Source of the DNA: Somniosus microcephalus
Taxonomy: Eukaryota
Reading direction: 5' to 3'
DNA length: 64,000 nucleotides
Assembly: GCA_052327205.1 (NCBI GenBank)
Contig: CM126224.1
Coordinates: 33,604,001-33,668,000, forward strand
Shown: piece by piece, positions 50,087 to 63,151 of the stretch
Position numbering within the stretch: position 1 is the first letter of the stretch
Layout of the letters: every line of letters starts with the position of its first letter
Position numbers and translations under genes: made by a program
Notes under the pieces: model-generated
The model's database searches: none
Told to the model about the DNA's origin: nothing
The model's input: the letters and a program-made list of their open reading frames with translations, nothing else

Positions 50087-50801
50087 GGCTCGTAATTTGC
50101 GGTCAGCGGCGAAGCTAAAACAATCGCCGCTGGCCCCAAAGAAAGCTGCCCACAGCGATCTCGATCTTTGTGGCAAGAGGTTGGCCTTTTTCGACATTCA
50201 GTTGATTACAGTGCTGTGAATAGGGGATTCCTATGGCGATGCTGCAGTGATGTCAACAAGCTGTTGAAGCAGCCAATCACATTGCAAAATTCTCACAGGC
50301 AGGAAATGAGAAGCTGCTTTTATCCGGACTTTATAAAAATGTTAGGGAGCGAAATAATGATTGCGACTTTCACACGAGGATAAGGTAGAAGCTGAAATAG
50401 CAGAACAAACTTAAAACATTTAAAAAAAAATTCTAATTATCATAACGGAGAATTTGACATTCCACAAATATAAAAATTGTTTTTCAGGACCAGAACGTTT
50501 GTTTACCAGTCAATACACTGTTAAAACCCCAGTTCCTCCTATTCCAACAGGCTTGACATTTAATGGGGTATTTAACACTGGAAAAAGCCCAAGTTTTCAT
50601 CAGTTTCACTGACTTCACACAGAATGCCGGTTATGGGGGGGGGGGGGGGGGGGGGGAAAGAGGCGGTGATTCCACTGCGCAGCCCGTGTGGGAGCAGTGA
50701 ATGACTGACCGCTACTTCAGGATTTCCGCGTTTAGATGTGTATGTGCTAAATCCTGAAGTTGTGGTCAGTTTCAGAGGTTACCCACCACAAATACTGAGC
50801 C
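50087..50801. mobile_element. Harbinger-like non-autonomous DNA transposon
   Basis: TIRs ggctcgtaatttgcggt / accacaaatactgagcc, flanked by aat and att. Shares a ggatttccg subterminal motif with 28962. Confidence 0.7.
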
Positions 50802-50990
50802 ATTAGGCTTTAGTTCCTTAGAATATAAAGACAATAAATACTAACTACTTTTGCTTCTCAAATATTTCCCATGAACAGTCGATGTAATTCCTATAGTGTT
50901 TTGAAGAGACGACAAAGTTAGTCGGTGCATTAATTTTTTAATTTAATATTGTGCGATCTGAATCTGCGCACCAGTGACTGTAAACCCTTG

Positions 50991-51670
50991 GGGGGGGGGG
51001 GGGGGATTAGTTAGCGACCATTTTGGGTCGCTAACATTGCCTGGGCACTAAATTTAGCGGTCAGCGCGGAGCGCTAAATTCAGTTTTAGCGCCCCCAAGA
51101 GGGAGGTGGAGCACTAAATCAAGTGCTCCACTTCCTTCTTGGAGCACTAACCCCGAATATCGGGGCAGAGACTTCAGCAGCGCTGCACACTGGGCCGTGC
51201 AGCGGTGCCACGTTCAAAGGCTCCTTCCCTCCCTTAAAAGGGAAGGGCCATTGTTGTAGGCTCTGCAAAAGAACAATTACCTACATGGACCACCAAAGCT
51301 GCCACGATCCAGCACGATCAGCCCGGCACACAAGCAGAAGAAGTGACCAACAGCAAAGGCAGTTTTACTTACCTCGGCCACCTCGCCTTTAATCATCTCC
51401 CCCGAAGTGGTTGGCCGCCCAATGCGCACCTTCTGCAGCGGTCGGTGTTTTCGACCAGCGCTGCTGCAGGAGGCGAAAGTCAATTTTGGGTCCGGGGCGC
51501 TACCAGGGCGATGAGTGGCCTGATGACGTCACAATCTCCAGCTGCAACGATAGTGGGTAGCGCCGCCACAAACCGCCAGGTGAATGTCGCCATCAGCGCC
51601 AACATCGCCACGTCTGGGCAGCAAGTCGTTAGCGCCCCCCAGAGGCGCTAAGGTACCCAATTTCTAACCC
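50991..51670. mobile_element. Harbinger-like MITE related to 12786 (opposite orientation)
   Basis: Flanked by ttg on both sides, ends cccaatttctaaccc, shares agcgctaa motifs and cccttaaaagggaagggcc. Confidence 0.72.
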
Positions 51671-52119
51671 TTGGAGTCTGCATTTAGTAATTACAATTGT
51701 AATCTCTAAGGTTCCCAGTTAGATTCTCCCATATCACTAACTAGCCAATGTATACCTCATCTTCGATTGGGAACCAAGAAAGGATCCAAGGTGTCCAAAC
51801 AGGTTAGCCTGTTACTTTATTATACTAAAGACTGGTGCAATTTTGAAGGTTCTCACTAAATGTTGCTATCAGATTTAGTAAATACTTCAACTTATTCTCC
51901 TCAAATTAAATATTAGAGTCCTGGAAATTAGACACGAGAACCTGAATGGACTTGGATTCAGAATCCTGAATCTAACACTCATGAGGTTGAAGTATAAATA
52001 TTGCTCAAGCCATATCTTTCCAAACAATTGTGGGAAGCGCCATTGGTTAGTAAGAGCATGTCTGGGTTTTTATGCTCCATATTTTCTCGCTTTTAGCATC
52101 ACCGACCACTCCCGTGGCA

Positions 52120-52905
52120 GATCCCGGCTGGGATCTTACCTGACGAGGTGTTTTGTGGGCGGGACAACTGCCTTTCGGGTTCTAGTCCTGCCCCCAGCGA
52201 CGTCCGACGCACAGAAGCTATTTTGCCGGCGGGCTTGCCGGCCAATTAAGAGAAAATTGGTGTCAGATGACACGTCATCTGCCGGTTTTCTTTTTGACAG
52301 ATGATTTTTTCAGTGTATAACAGCATTGAGGTGCTGCAAACACTGAATCACTGTACAAAAGGTGAGCCCTTGCACCCAGGCTCTCCAGTGGCTCTCTCCT
52401 TAGGCTAAAACAGATGGCAGCTGCAGGTGAGTTTACAGAAGCGATCTGTCACTGGTGAGAGAGGTTCTCCCAATGAGGTGGGACTACACAAACACTTCAA
52501 AGCTCGTCACGTACAGAAAATTCTAAACACATTAAAAATGACTTTCCCAACATTTTCTTACCTCTGCAACTCACCAGTGTCCCATTGGATCCTTCACATC
52601 ACTTCTGCAGCCGTCATCTATACACAAACATTACAGTAGACCCACAGCACGCCACACTTACCCTGGCGGGGTTTCCTGACGTCGGGAAGCCCGCAGTAGA
52701 AGTGTCAAAATTGGAAAAAGCCAGTTAACAAGCAGTTAAGTGGCTTTAATCCTCTACCCGCCGCTAGGAGTCGGGTCCCTGCGCAAATCGGGGACCTGAC
52801 TCCCGGGAAGATTGTTTGGAGGTGGGTTCGGGACCCCCTGCCAATCTTTTTGATTTTGCCAGCAGTCCCGCCTCCAAACCCAACCGTCGGCAAAATTGTC
52901 CCCCC
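52120..52905. mobile_element. Second copy of the 35421 Harbinger-like element
   Basis: Long collinear similarity (cgggttctagtcctgcccccagcgacgtccgac...gactcccgggaagatt). Right end ggcaaaattgtcccc; left end uncertain. Confidence 0.8.
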
Positions 52906-53209
52906 CTTGTGTCTCCTACAATTCAGAGTGTACCTATCTCTGCCTAATATCTGGGTAGTAAGACCCAGGGATTGTAACTGTACCCCAGCTACCGGCCTCC
53001 ATCATATACTGCTACATGATTCTGCTCTCTGAATATTCATTCTGTTAGACTATACTCAGATGGTCTATTCAAATAAAACAGGTAAATGAACTGTATACAG
53101 TATAAAACAGTGCATCATACACTTCACTTTTCGCTATATAAATATGATCCATAAAACTTCTCCGCTAACAGAAAAGCAGCCCATCAACTTTGAAATTGAC
53201 TGATTTCAC

Positions 53210-53450
53210 AGAATCATAGAATGATACCGCACAGAAGGAGGCCATTCAGGCCATCGTGCCTGTGCTGACTCTTTGGAAGAGCTATCCACAACCCTGCAAG
53301 TTTTTCCCCCTTCAGGTATTTATCCAATTCCCTTTTGAAAGATAATATTGAACCTGCTTCCACCACCTTGTCAGACAGCGAATTCCAGATCATAACAAAA
53401 ATCGCTTGGTTAAAAAAAAAATTCTCCTCATCTCGCCTCTGGTTCTGGCA
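53210..53450 (-). mobile_element. CR1 3' fragment
   Basis: agaatcatagaatgataccgcacagaaggaggccattc..., and WNSL...FKRELDKYL on the minus strand. Confidence 0.85.
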
Positions 53451-54884
53451 TAAGGTCAAAGATTCAACATCCTTTGAAGATATACTGAAACAAAAACCTA
53501 CAAGTCCTTTAGCGATATTAAATGTTAAGCCTATACTTGACAATGGCATACGACACTTGTCATTCAATACGAAATCTGGGGTCCTAAGCACAATTAGCAC
53601 CCAAGGGTTCCTGTTGTGTTTTCCCTAACAATTCGCACCTTGTGAAGCTTACCATAGCCAAGCGATCTGGTCTCTGATTTCAGGGTTTTCCCTTTGAGAA
53701 ATACCCTGTTTGATTCAGGGTTTTTAACCCGTTATATGCTGTTTCGGGCAAGAAAGAAGAAGAAGAATTCCACACAGACAAAAATATATGTCAGTAACAG
53801 AACCTGCGCTTCGAAGTTGTGCCTTGCAAGTTTAGGTGGCTGAATCCCATCAAACATATTTGCTGAGTTGCAGCATTCCTCAGCAGGGCAAGACATATAC
53901 ATTTTCACTTTGGGAGAAAGCAAAACAGACACTAGATCCCTTTCAACCCGAAGTGAACCCTCCACTGCAAGCACCGTTAATATTGCGTGTTAAATGTCCG
54001 ATCCAGGTAGAATTTTGTTTTTATTTCATTGGCTAAGGAAGATGTTGGTTGTGATGATTTTCCATTTACTCAATGACAAGATAGACTCGTTTCAGCTTGT
54101 ATTGGTCAAACAAGCTCCAAGAAAGCAGCTAGGATTGGTTTATTGACATGGTATTTTATGTACAAGGGCCAATTTATATTAAAATTTAAGCGAAATGCTA
54201 AAACCATAGGATATAAGAGTTCATGCTTGGCTGATTCTCTTAGCAAAGGAATAGTAAATTCCTAGGTAACATGCGATTTTTGCAAGGGACTGCAATCATG
54301 GTGTTCCTCACACCTCCCGCATTATATTTTGTAAATGCTTTTCTTTTAAAGTAGTGAGGTGTTGATTTGCTAGGCTGCAGAATCAAGATTGATTTAGAAA
54401 GAGTTTTAAAATTAGGGATGCTGACAAGTCTAAATTTTAAATCGACAATATTAATTAAAATCTTCACCAGAAGTTCAGCACTATAAGGGGAAAAGTGGAT
54501 TTACTGTCTGATTCTAGACTGGATCTTAGAACTGGTAGAAGCCCAAAAGGAAGCAATCTCTCCATTCTCAAACTTAAAGAGTTGTGTGCATTAAAGACCC
54601 TAATCAGAGAAGTGAAAACAGTTTTAAAGAGAATAAACTGTTCCCTGCACTCTACCCCTTAGTCGCAATATTTCCTCATTAGTGGTTTGGTAAGAATTTT
54701 TTTTCTGGTCCGTTCGGTCATCATGATTTATGCCGCCCTTTACTATAGCACCAATCCTCATAGGGGCATAGGGAGAAGCGAGTCTATGAACCAATTTCAA
54801 GAGCCTTATTCTCACCATCAAATGGCTTCATGGCCTTCTTCAGCCCTCCTCTCCATGCTTGTCCGCTTCCCTCCTTTGAACCCT

Positions 54885-54995
54885 TTTTCCAGTTCTGACG
54901 AAAGACCATCGACCTGAAACGTTAACTTGGTTTCTCTCTTCACAGATGCTGCCCAAGGTGCTGAGTATTTCCAGCATTTTATGTTTTTATTTCAC
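54885..54995 (+). mobile_element. Penelope-like pLTR with hammerhead core (54889-54930) and weakened stem II
   Basis: ccagtt-CTGACGA-a-agacc-atc-gacct-GAAA-cgtt-aacttgg, then cacagatgctg...tttccagcatttt. Confidence 0.8.
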
Positions 54996-55280
54996 TTTGC
55001 TCTTTTGTTGGTTCCTCTCTCAGCCACCATGCCCCTAGTTTCTGGCACTCTTCCAAAATCCCTTTGCCTCACATCATCTCTCTCCGCTTTCAAAAGCTTG
55101 CACTGAAGTCTAATCTCTTACTCATCTGTTGGGCTCACCCGTTAATTGCATTCAATCTTTTCTCCTCCCATTTAGCGTCAGTTTCTTAAATTGCTCTGGG
55201 ACATTTTCTGGTGTGAGGATCTTTGTATAAAGGGAAATTGTTATATCTTAATACTCAATCACTTCATCTGATGTTTAGAT

Positions 55281-55735
55281 CAACAACAAAAACAACTTGT
55301 ATTTATATAGCACCTTTAATGTAGTAAAACGTCCCAAGGTGCTTCACAGGAGTACTAGAAGACAAAAACAAATGACACCGAGCCACATAAGGGGAAATTA
55401 GGGCAAATGACCAAAAGCTTGGGCAAAGAGGTAGGTTTTAAGGCGCGTCGTAAAGGAGGAAAGAGAGGTAGAGGGGCGGACAGGTTTGGCGGGGGGGGCG
55501 GTGGGAATGCCAGAGCTTAGGGACGAGACAACAGAAGGCACGGCCACCAACGGTTGGGTGATTATCAGGAATGCTCAAGAGGGCTGAATTAGAGGAGCGC
55601 AGATATCTCTCTGGGGGCGGGTGGGCGGCTTTGCAGAGCTGGAGGAGATTAAAGAGGTAGGAAGCGGCGAGGCCATGGAGGGATTTGAAAACAAGGATGA
55701 AAATTTTGAAATCGCAGCGTTGCTCAGAGAGACTA
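55281..55735 (-). mobile_element. L2 LINE 3' end
   Basis: FKIFILVFKSLHGLAASYL...LRSS...GGRAF...PKLW. Tail ggtgctatataaatacaagttgtt is shared with the DeuSINE tails. Confidence 0.88.
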
Positions 55736-56939
55736 TCATAATAACAAATAATCCAATTTTTGTTCGGCATGAATTTTTTGTTGAAACTACAGCAGGAGTA
55801 GCATTCTTTTCAAATGTTTTCTATATTTTGCAAGGCTGAGTTGAAGTATTTTGAAATACTTCAATTGTAGTCTTTTGTTTTAATTGTACATTAAAACAAT
55901 AGTCACCCCTATTTTTCTTAGCTTTTTTTAAAATTACAATATGAAAGATTTAGAAATTGTCAGTAAAAATTCCCAATGTTTTTCTCATTTAAGTGTTTCT
56001 TGACAACATTTCAGTACAGGGAACATTCCAATTGTTCAGGATTGCTCCTCAAGTCCATTGATAAGTACAGGAGACAATAACAGGCAAGGGCAATGCATTA
56101 GTTCTTCTCAAGAGTTGTGGCAATCTTGCAGAACAGCAAGGGGTCATAATTAATCTGGAGCACACACAGTTATCTAAGGTTTGTCTATGAATGTTAGAAA
56201 GAGGAGCAGATGTGGTGGGACCCCTCGGCTTTCCTTTGGGTTTTGATTACTGCCACTCACCGAAATTGCCCGAATTTTCAACCACGTGACTGAAGTCAGC
56301 ACTCAAGTAATTATATAAATGTATGAACTCCGTACAGTACAAAGAAACAGCATAGTTGCAAAGAATTTCCTGTGGAGCTTCAAACAATGCATGTCTTGAC
56401 TAATTGCGGCTCAGTGTGCTACGCCACACAGTGGTAGGCATTGCTTTGAGGCTGTGATTACCCAAATGCCGGAGGGAGGAAAGATTTCCTTTATGCACTA
56501 TTTTTAAAATTGTAAATCCATTTATCGAGAATGGGTTGGCACATAGTCCCCTCTCCACCACCACCCGCCCCGCCCCTCCCAAAGTGAGTTCCTCCACAAA
56601 ATCTTTCCCTTTGACCAATCTTTCGGTCACCCCTCTCAATCATTCCTTTGCGTTATTTTTCATAAGCTTTTCTGGGAAGTGCCTTGAGATTTCTTTTACA
56701 TTAAAAGGCACTAAATGAATGGAAGTTGTTGTTGAGTTCATTACCTCAGCCTGTCTTGTCAGAGGGAAGCGCCGAGCAGAAGTAAAACACTTTGCCCAAG
56801 GGAGCGTAAAAATCACAACGCCTGTCAACTTGGCCACCTCTCATGCAGCTCCTAATAATCAGTGCTGGGCCGCATTGTTAGTGACCAGAGAACAGATCTA
56901 TCTGCCTTGTTGGCTAGGTAAAAATGGGAGTTAAGCGCC

Positions 56940-57355
56940 TTCGATGGCTCAGTAATTAATTGAGTGCGTCGCTTAAGCTATACAGTACAAGTCGTAAATT
57001 TAAAGCCCAATTTGTGTAGAGTTAGCTGATCTGAAACTGGGTGGCAATAAAGTTAAAACTGGCTTCAGCATCCTAGATTGGGGAAGGGGGGGTGGGTGGT
57101 GGGAAATCAGCCAAGATTCCCACTCTTATTACAATCTAGAAACTGCTGCTGGAGGTGTTGCATTGGCATCAAATGAGGGCAGAATGAGGTGCAACTCTGC
57201 TGTGTCCCTCGGTCACATAGCCTGCCAATGTTCACTGTTAAAGCTCAAACAGGAACAATAGCTATTTGGACAAAGTACCAGAGAGCAACTGGCACGCCAA
57301 AAAAAAAAAAAACTGTACCCCAGAAAGTGGCTAGTGCCTTCAGGAGAGGAGAAAA
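56940..57355 (+). mobile_element. Old SINE-like repeat with A-box-like head
   Basis: gatggctcagt head; body homologous to 30130-30400. Confidence 0.55.
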
Positions 57356-58472
57356 TTATTTAAAAAAAAAAAAAAAGAGTAGAAAGGAATACCAACACAG
57401 CTTTACCCCATCGTACACATCACTTCAAAACAGACACTAGATTCAGATTCTGCTGCATTCAATATCTATTTGACATGCTGCACAGTAAAATAATTATTCA
57501 AATTATACCGAGAGATGGTAATACACAGACAGGAATGGGCAACCTTTGCTCCTTAAGGACTAGTAAATTGGGTGGGGAAATTTGATTTAACAGTTCCAAC
57601 CTCTGCTCTCATCATTGCAAATCTCATTTATCTACAAAGATCTAGTTACTGTTAATGATTCACTGACTTCTTGAAGTAGTCCTTAAGTACCGATTACATG
57701 AAACAGCATTTTCTGAACATCATTAACAGATATTCCCTGAAGTGTAAATGAAAACAGGAGTTCTGTACACGACCCAAAAATGCTATAAGTGAACCCCAAG
57801 TTTGTGACAATAAGAGACTCGTGTAGTCATGTCACACATATGTTATTGTACTTGACTAAAATGAGGAAAATATTCTGACTACAAATATTGCACTTGTTAA
57901 TTAAAACATCTCATGAAGATAGAAGTTAAAATTATGTCCATGAGTAATACATTGGTCAGCTCATAGGTTGGAAATTGAAAATTACAAGTCTTAAGTTGCC
58001 ATCGAAGCATCAGTTTATTTCACAATTTTTACGAGTCGAATGAAAAGAGAGGACAAGGTTTTTTGAAATGCATTTTGAAAAACATACCAGAAAAAGAAAT
58101 GGAAAGCAAAAGCTAAATTTGACAATTAATTAAGACTTACTTAAAGCTAGGGAACAAATGACCAGATTAATATTAAAACTTCTTCCAAAGACTATAAATG
58201 AGGTGCTAAAATTATGATTACTTCATTGACAAAAACATTTCATACAATCCAATATGATTTGAAAATCAATGATTTTTGAGAAGTGACAGAACTTGCTTAA
58301 ATCACAACATCTCTGGTTAGGTTCAGTTTCTCAGCAATAGCTTGAACCCTGGAAGGCCTGCGTAGCTCCAGGGTTTTATTCAGCATTTACCCCATTTGCC
58401 TTTTGTTCATTGGAAGTTACCAATTAATCATCCTGTTTGAAGTTTTAGGTAAAAAGTTACAATATCTAGCTC

Positions 58473-58965
58473 AATAGCAAAATACTGCAGATGCTGGAAA
58501 TCAGCAGGCCAGGCAGCATCCGTGGAGAGAGAAAGAGAGTTAACGTTTCAGGTCGAAGACCTTTCATCATAACGGGAAAAAAAGCAGGAAAAGGAACAGA
58601 TTTTAAAGCAAGTTCAGGGGCTGGGAAATGGGGGAGGGGATAAAAGAACAAAAGGGAAGGTCTGTGATAGGATGGAAGGCAGGAGAAGTAAAGAGGCATT
58701 AAGAGATATTCAAGGCAAGAGGAGATGGTAATGGGACAGGTTAAGAAACAAAGGATGGCTCTAGATGGAGTGTGAATTGTGCAAACACGAGAAGGGAAAC
58801 TGAAAGCAATGAAGATGAACAAGGTTGAAGAGACAAACGGAAATCCCGTTGGAGAGAAGAGCAGAACTTCTTCAAGGTGAGCATTCCTAGAAGAGAGGTG
58901 GCAGTGAACCAAACACTAATACAATAACAAAATACCGCAGCTGCTGGAAATCTGAAACAACAACT
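58473..58965 (-). mobile_element. Penelope-like element 3' region with partial tandem pLTR
   Basis: Minus strand reads gtt-ATGATGA-a-aggtc-ttc-gacct-GAAA-cgtt-aact (C3 mutated). UTR is homologous to 35200-35400. A second pLTR piece lies at ~58920-58965. Confidence 0.8.
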
Positions 58966-61900
58966 ACGTGCGCTGGGGGATTGCTAGTGTTTGAAATGGT
59001 CATATGCAGATTCAGAATTAGATTACCCAAAACACATGGCTGGGCCAGGGCAGTCATGCAAGAAGTGAGTGGGATCAGGTGTTGGTTAAATACCACTCAG
59101 AAAGCAAGTCAAAATTGATTGGTTCTTTTTCTGGTCACTGGGCATTGATAAAAGCAACTGTACATAAAAAGAAATGTACAACACGCAACCAAACAAGAAA
59201 GAGATAGAAAACACCCAACCAATACTGGGATTAAAATCCAGGCATTTAGCTGATATTTTCACAATCTCAGCAAGAGCGAGAAATTATAAATCAATTAATC
59301 TTTTCACTACCATTACCCTTTGGACCACGAGTTTAATTAAAATGAAAGCAATTAAACTAATAGCCGAGGAATCAACAATCCAGATACAAAAGAAGTTTTT
59401 TTTAGTTATTTCTTGCAACAGCGGAACTATCTCAAGAAAGAAGCTAGCTGAAAATTGTATTTACATTAAGATTTTGAATTTTTTTTTTTTTTTTAAATAA
59501 AAGGAACTTTCATTTCATAGTATTTTAACAGCTGTTTTTCCACACTACCACGTTGTTACCTTATTAGATTCTCCTAGAAGTTATTATGAAGATACAGAAG
59601 TGTATTCTCTTGGGAAGAAATCATTTAAGGGAGCTAAACGAGCAGCCTGTCTTAAACAGCATGGCTGGCCATAAAATTACTGATAGCAAGGTCCCAGCAC
59701 CAATCTGCCAATTAAAAATATCCTTGCTGGAGACAGGATTTTGAACCAGTCTGTAACCAGAGACGGATTGTGTGTTACAATCACAAACAAGAAAATGCAG
59801 CCCTTTGTGCTGTGTAACAAATACTGAGTTCATTCCGGACAAACATACACTACTCCTTTAAATAGGAAATTTTTTTGACTCTCTTTAACTCATGTAAAAT
59901 GTTGGTTCCCTCAGGGCTGTTTGGCTGACAGACAATTGCCTCCATTAGTCTAGAGCATGCTGCATGCTTTTTCAAACATTCCTTCATCAGTTTAATAAGT
60001 TTAATTACCTCACATTCCTTCATTCTGTAAAAGCACCCAAAGTAAAAGAATAGACTCTCTGCACAGAAAGATAAAAATCATTTAGATGCCCGCTCCACGG
60101 CATAAATTTCCAAAACACCCCCCCAATAAAAATTGAACAAAATGTTTTGCATGCTTTTATCCTTTAATGCACAGGCAAACCTTTATCGTGTTGTATTAAT
60201 TTATGGATAATACAGTTTATGATGCATTTAAATGGCAAATTAATTGCAGCCACTTATAAAGAAATAATTCAGGGAAAAAATTGTATTTTGAGTTTAAATC
60301 CAGCAATGATAAAAGTTCCTTATGTGATAATGTAAGTTAACACTTAGCTTTGTTTGTTAGAGATTTGTGTTTGGCGGCAGCTGTCCTGTGGGTCCAGATC
60401 GACAGCACCCCTGAAACCCTGCCGTGTTCATTTTTGCTGCGCTGATAGTGCAGAATATTGATGTGGGATGATCCCAGAGAGCTGGACATGAGCCCATCCC
60501 TATTATTTCAGCACAAAGCTGGGCGCTGAATTAAAATAAATTCTTATTTCAACACTCTGTTCCCTCCTAGGGGGACAGTCTAGTTCTGCTTTGCGTGAAC
60601 TTGTGTTAATTTGCCGCGATATCTTTATTTAGTTTTGGGCCGTGTGGCCTTTTTTAGCTTTGATCAATTCTCTTCAGTGCCAATTTAAAAATAATTAAAA
60701 CAGCCAATTATACATTCTTCCACATTCCCGCAATCCATGTGCTCAGCAATAAGAGGAAAGCAAAGCCACGACAGTTCAATTCATGGCCACAAGTTAAAGG
60801 TTTCAATTGTGGTTTAGATGCCCTGGTGCACAACTGAAGATACAGTCGAGCCCCTAATACCACACTGAATTTGTATGACCTTAGTTTTTAGGGTTGTGTC
60901 TGCCTTGATTAAACGACTCAAACAGGAGATGTGACTTCTGAGCAAATGTAATTTGAACTGTTCTTGAACTGCTCCTGTTACTTCCACATCTTGACATGTT
61001 TCTGGCAGGATTGGTCTGTTTAAGTTCAGACATTCGATTACACTGTTCAGTTGGATGAACTACTGTGCTTATTCAAAAGGTCAACAGCACTGGCTAGTGT
61101 CGCAATCTCTGCATTGCCCACTCAAGGATACATGGAAATGTTACTTAGAGCTTATACCCTCTAATATACCATAACATTAATAACTATCAAATCTCATTCT
61201 TGCACTGTTTGCTTGAATTAGCATACGAATAGCATAAGGGAAATGATTGTCAGTATAGGGGTCCAAACTTGAGCAAGTCCCAATGATACCCTTGTAGGGT
61301 ATGGATTCCTCTGTTGGCATCCAGGACCATTCTAATATTGATTAGTCTGAGGAGCATCTCATTAAATGTATATGTTCTGAGGAGGGTGGAATAAGCCCAA
61401 ACATAGGGTTTCCTAAGTCTCATTACTATCCAAAGACCTGCTCCCATGTAGACCATTGGACATGTTGAGAGAGTGCCCATCGTGGCTGGGATAGGCACAC
61501 GTGAGGTTGCTGCTGTTCATTACAGCAATACTAAATCTGGCTCATCCAGTGACAGAAGATCTGTCAGAAAGTGGGCAGGACCAGCAAGCCACCATAGCAT
61601 CCAAAACCAGTTGTACGGCCATGTCATCATTCAACACAAGGAGAAACAAACCCATTTCATTCCCAAGATGCTCCCACTAACAGCCAGCTAGGTTCCCATT
61701 GGGGAAGCACCTAGACGAAACTTGAAGAAAGGTTCTAAAGACACACTTAATATACTGCCATCAAGGAAAGCGCCAGAGTAAAATATGTAAGGCACATATA
61801 ATAATCACTTAAAGAACAATAAATTAATTTTGTTTTATTTCAACCTTGTCCAGACAATTGACTTCTTATGGCATAGAGTAAGATAACAGAAGATCAAAGG

Positions 61901-62269
61901 AATGGAGTTGAAGGACTGCGGAGTACAATGTTGTTGAAGGTGCATTGGGATACTGCATAATGGACATGACTGTTACTTGTCAGGCACTTTAGTTAATCTC
62001 TGCTGCATATCAGTCTTAGAGGCTACAAAGTTGTACTGCAATGTTCACTAGGTCAGTCAATGTCTTGATCTAGCCTCATCTATGAATGGACCTCCTCCGG
62101 AGCATGAGGTAGAGAGTGATAATCATGGGACTCCTAGTGGGGCTGTCCTGCAAGACATGCCCTGATTTGTCCAGGCATAGGAAGCACTGCTTCAAGAGGC
62201 AAACAGCTAGTTCTGTTTTTTTCTGGGAGGTGCTTGGTCAAATATTTATCCATTTTTCCCCTTAAAGCA

Positions 62270-62535
62270 TGCAATGGTCCTTGACTCAACTACTGCCTGT
62301 GGCCCAGCATTCAATGCTCCCCCAGCTCTCTGTATATAGAAATTTCTCATAAACCCTCTCTTCAAGTCATTAAATTGACGACCCTCAACACTGACTCTAC
62401 AACCAGAAGAAATAGTTTACCTATTTACCCTATCAAAACCCTTCATAATTTACAAAAACTTCTTAAATTTCCTCACCCGTTTTAACTCTAGTGGAAGTAG
62501 TCCCAATATCCCAAATCTCTCCTCATAACTACAGG
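62270..62535 (-). mobile_element. Old CR1 3' fragment
   Basis: ctatttaccctatcaaaacccttcataattt...tctctcctcataact, the reverse of SYEERF..LGL and IMKGFDRV. Confidence 0.7.
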
Positions 62536-62784
62536 GAAGAGCAGGGCAGTTATCCCCGGTGTCCTGGCCAATATTTATCCCTCAATCAACATCACTAAAA
62601 CAGATTATCTGGTCATTATCACACTGCTGTTTGTGGGAGCTTGCTGTGCGCAAATTAGTTGTTGCATTTCCTACATTACAACAGTGACTACACTTCAAAA
62701 AAAAAGTACTTCATTTGCTGTAAAGCGCTTTGGGACATCCGGTGGTCATGAAAGGTGCTATATAAATGCAAATCTTTTTTTTTC
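62536..62784 (+). mobile_element. 5'-truncated DeuSINE
   Basis: ccccggtgtcctggccaatatttatccctcaa...aagcgctttgggacatcc...ggtgctatataaatgcaa. Confidence 0.85.
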
Positions 62785-62794
62785 AACCACACCC

Positions 62795-63151
62795 TTCAAC
62801 AGGTGTGTAGAGGAACAGAGGGACCTTGGAGTGCATGTCCACAGATCCCTGAAGGTAGCAGGCCAAGTAGATAAGGTGGTTAAGAAGGCATACGGAATGC
62901 TTGCCTTTATTAGCCGTTGCATAAAATACAAGAGCAGGGGGGTTATGCTTCAACTGTATAAAACACTAATTAGACCTCAGCTGGAGTACTGCGTGCAGTT
63001 CTGGTCACCACATTACAGGAAAGAGGTGATTGCACGAGAGAAGGTACAGAGGAGATTTACAAGGATGTTGCCGGGTGTAGAGAATATTAGCTATGAGGAA
63101 AGACTGGATAGGCTGGGTCTGTTCTCCTTGGAACAGAGGAGGCTGAGGGAG
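62795..63151 (+). mobile_element. CR1 RT fragment, cut off at its 3' side
   Basis: EQRDLGVHVHRSLK...RPQLEYCVQFWSP...LGLFSLEQRRLR. Confidence 0.9.

Noticed and set aside
50635-51005. Long G runs (also C runs near 38500 and 45975) as G-quadruplex elements
   Set aside because: Simple homopolymers, largely inside transposon copies, with lengths prone to slippage and sequencing error.
61250-62240. Possible old L1/Tx1 remnants
   Set aside because: Only vague resemblance; no motif I can translate convincingly.
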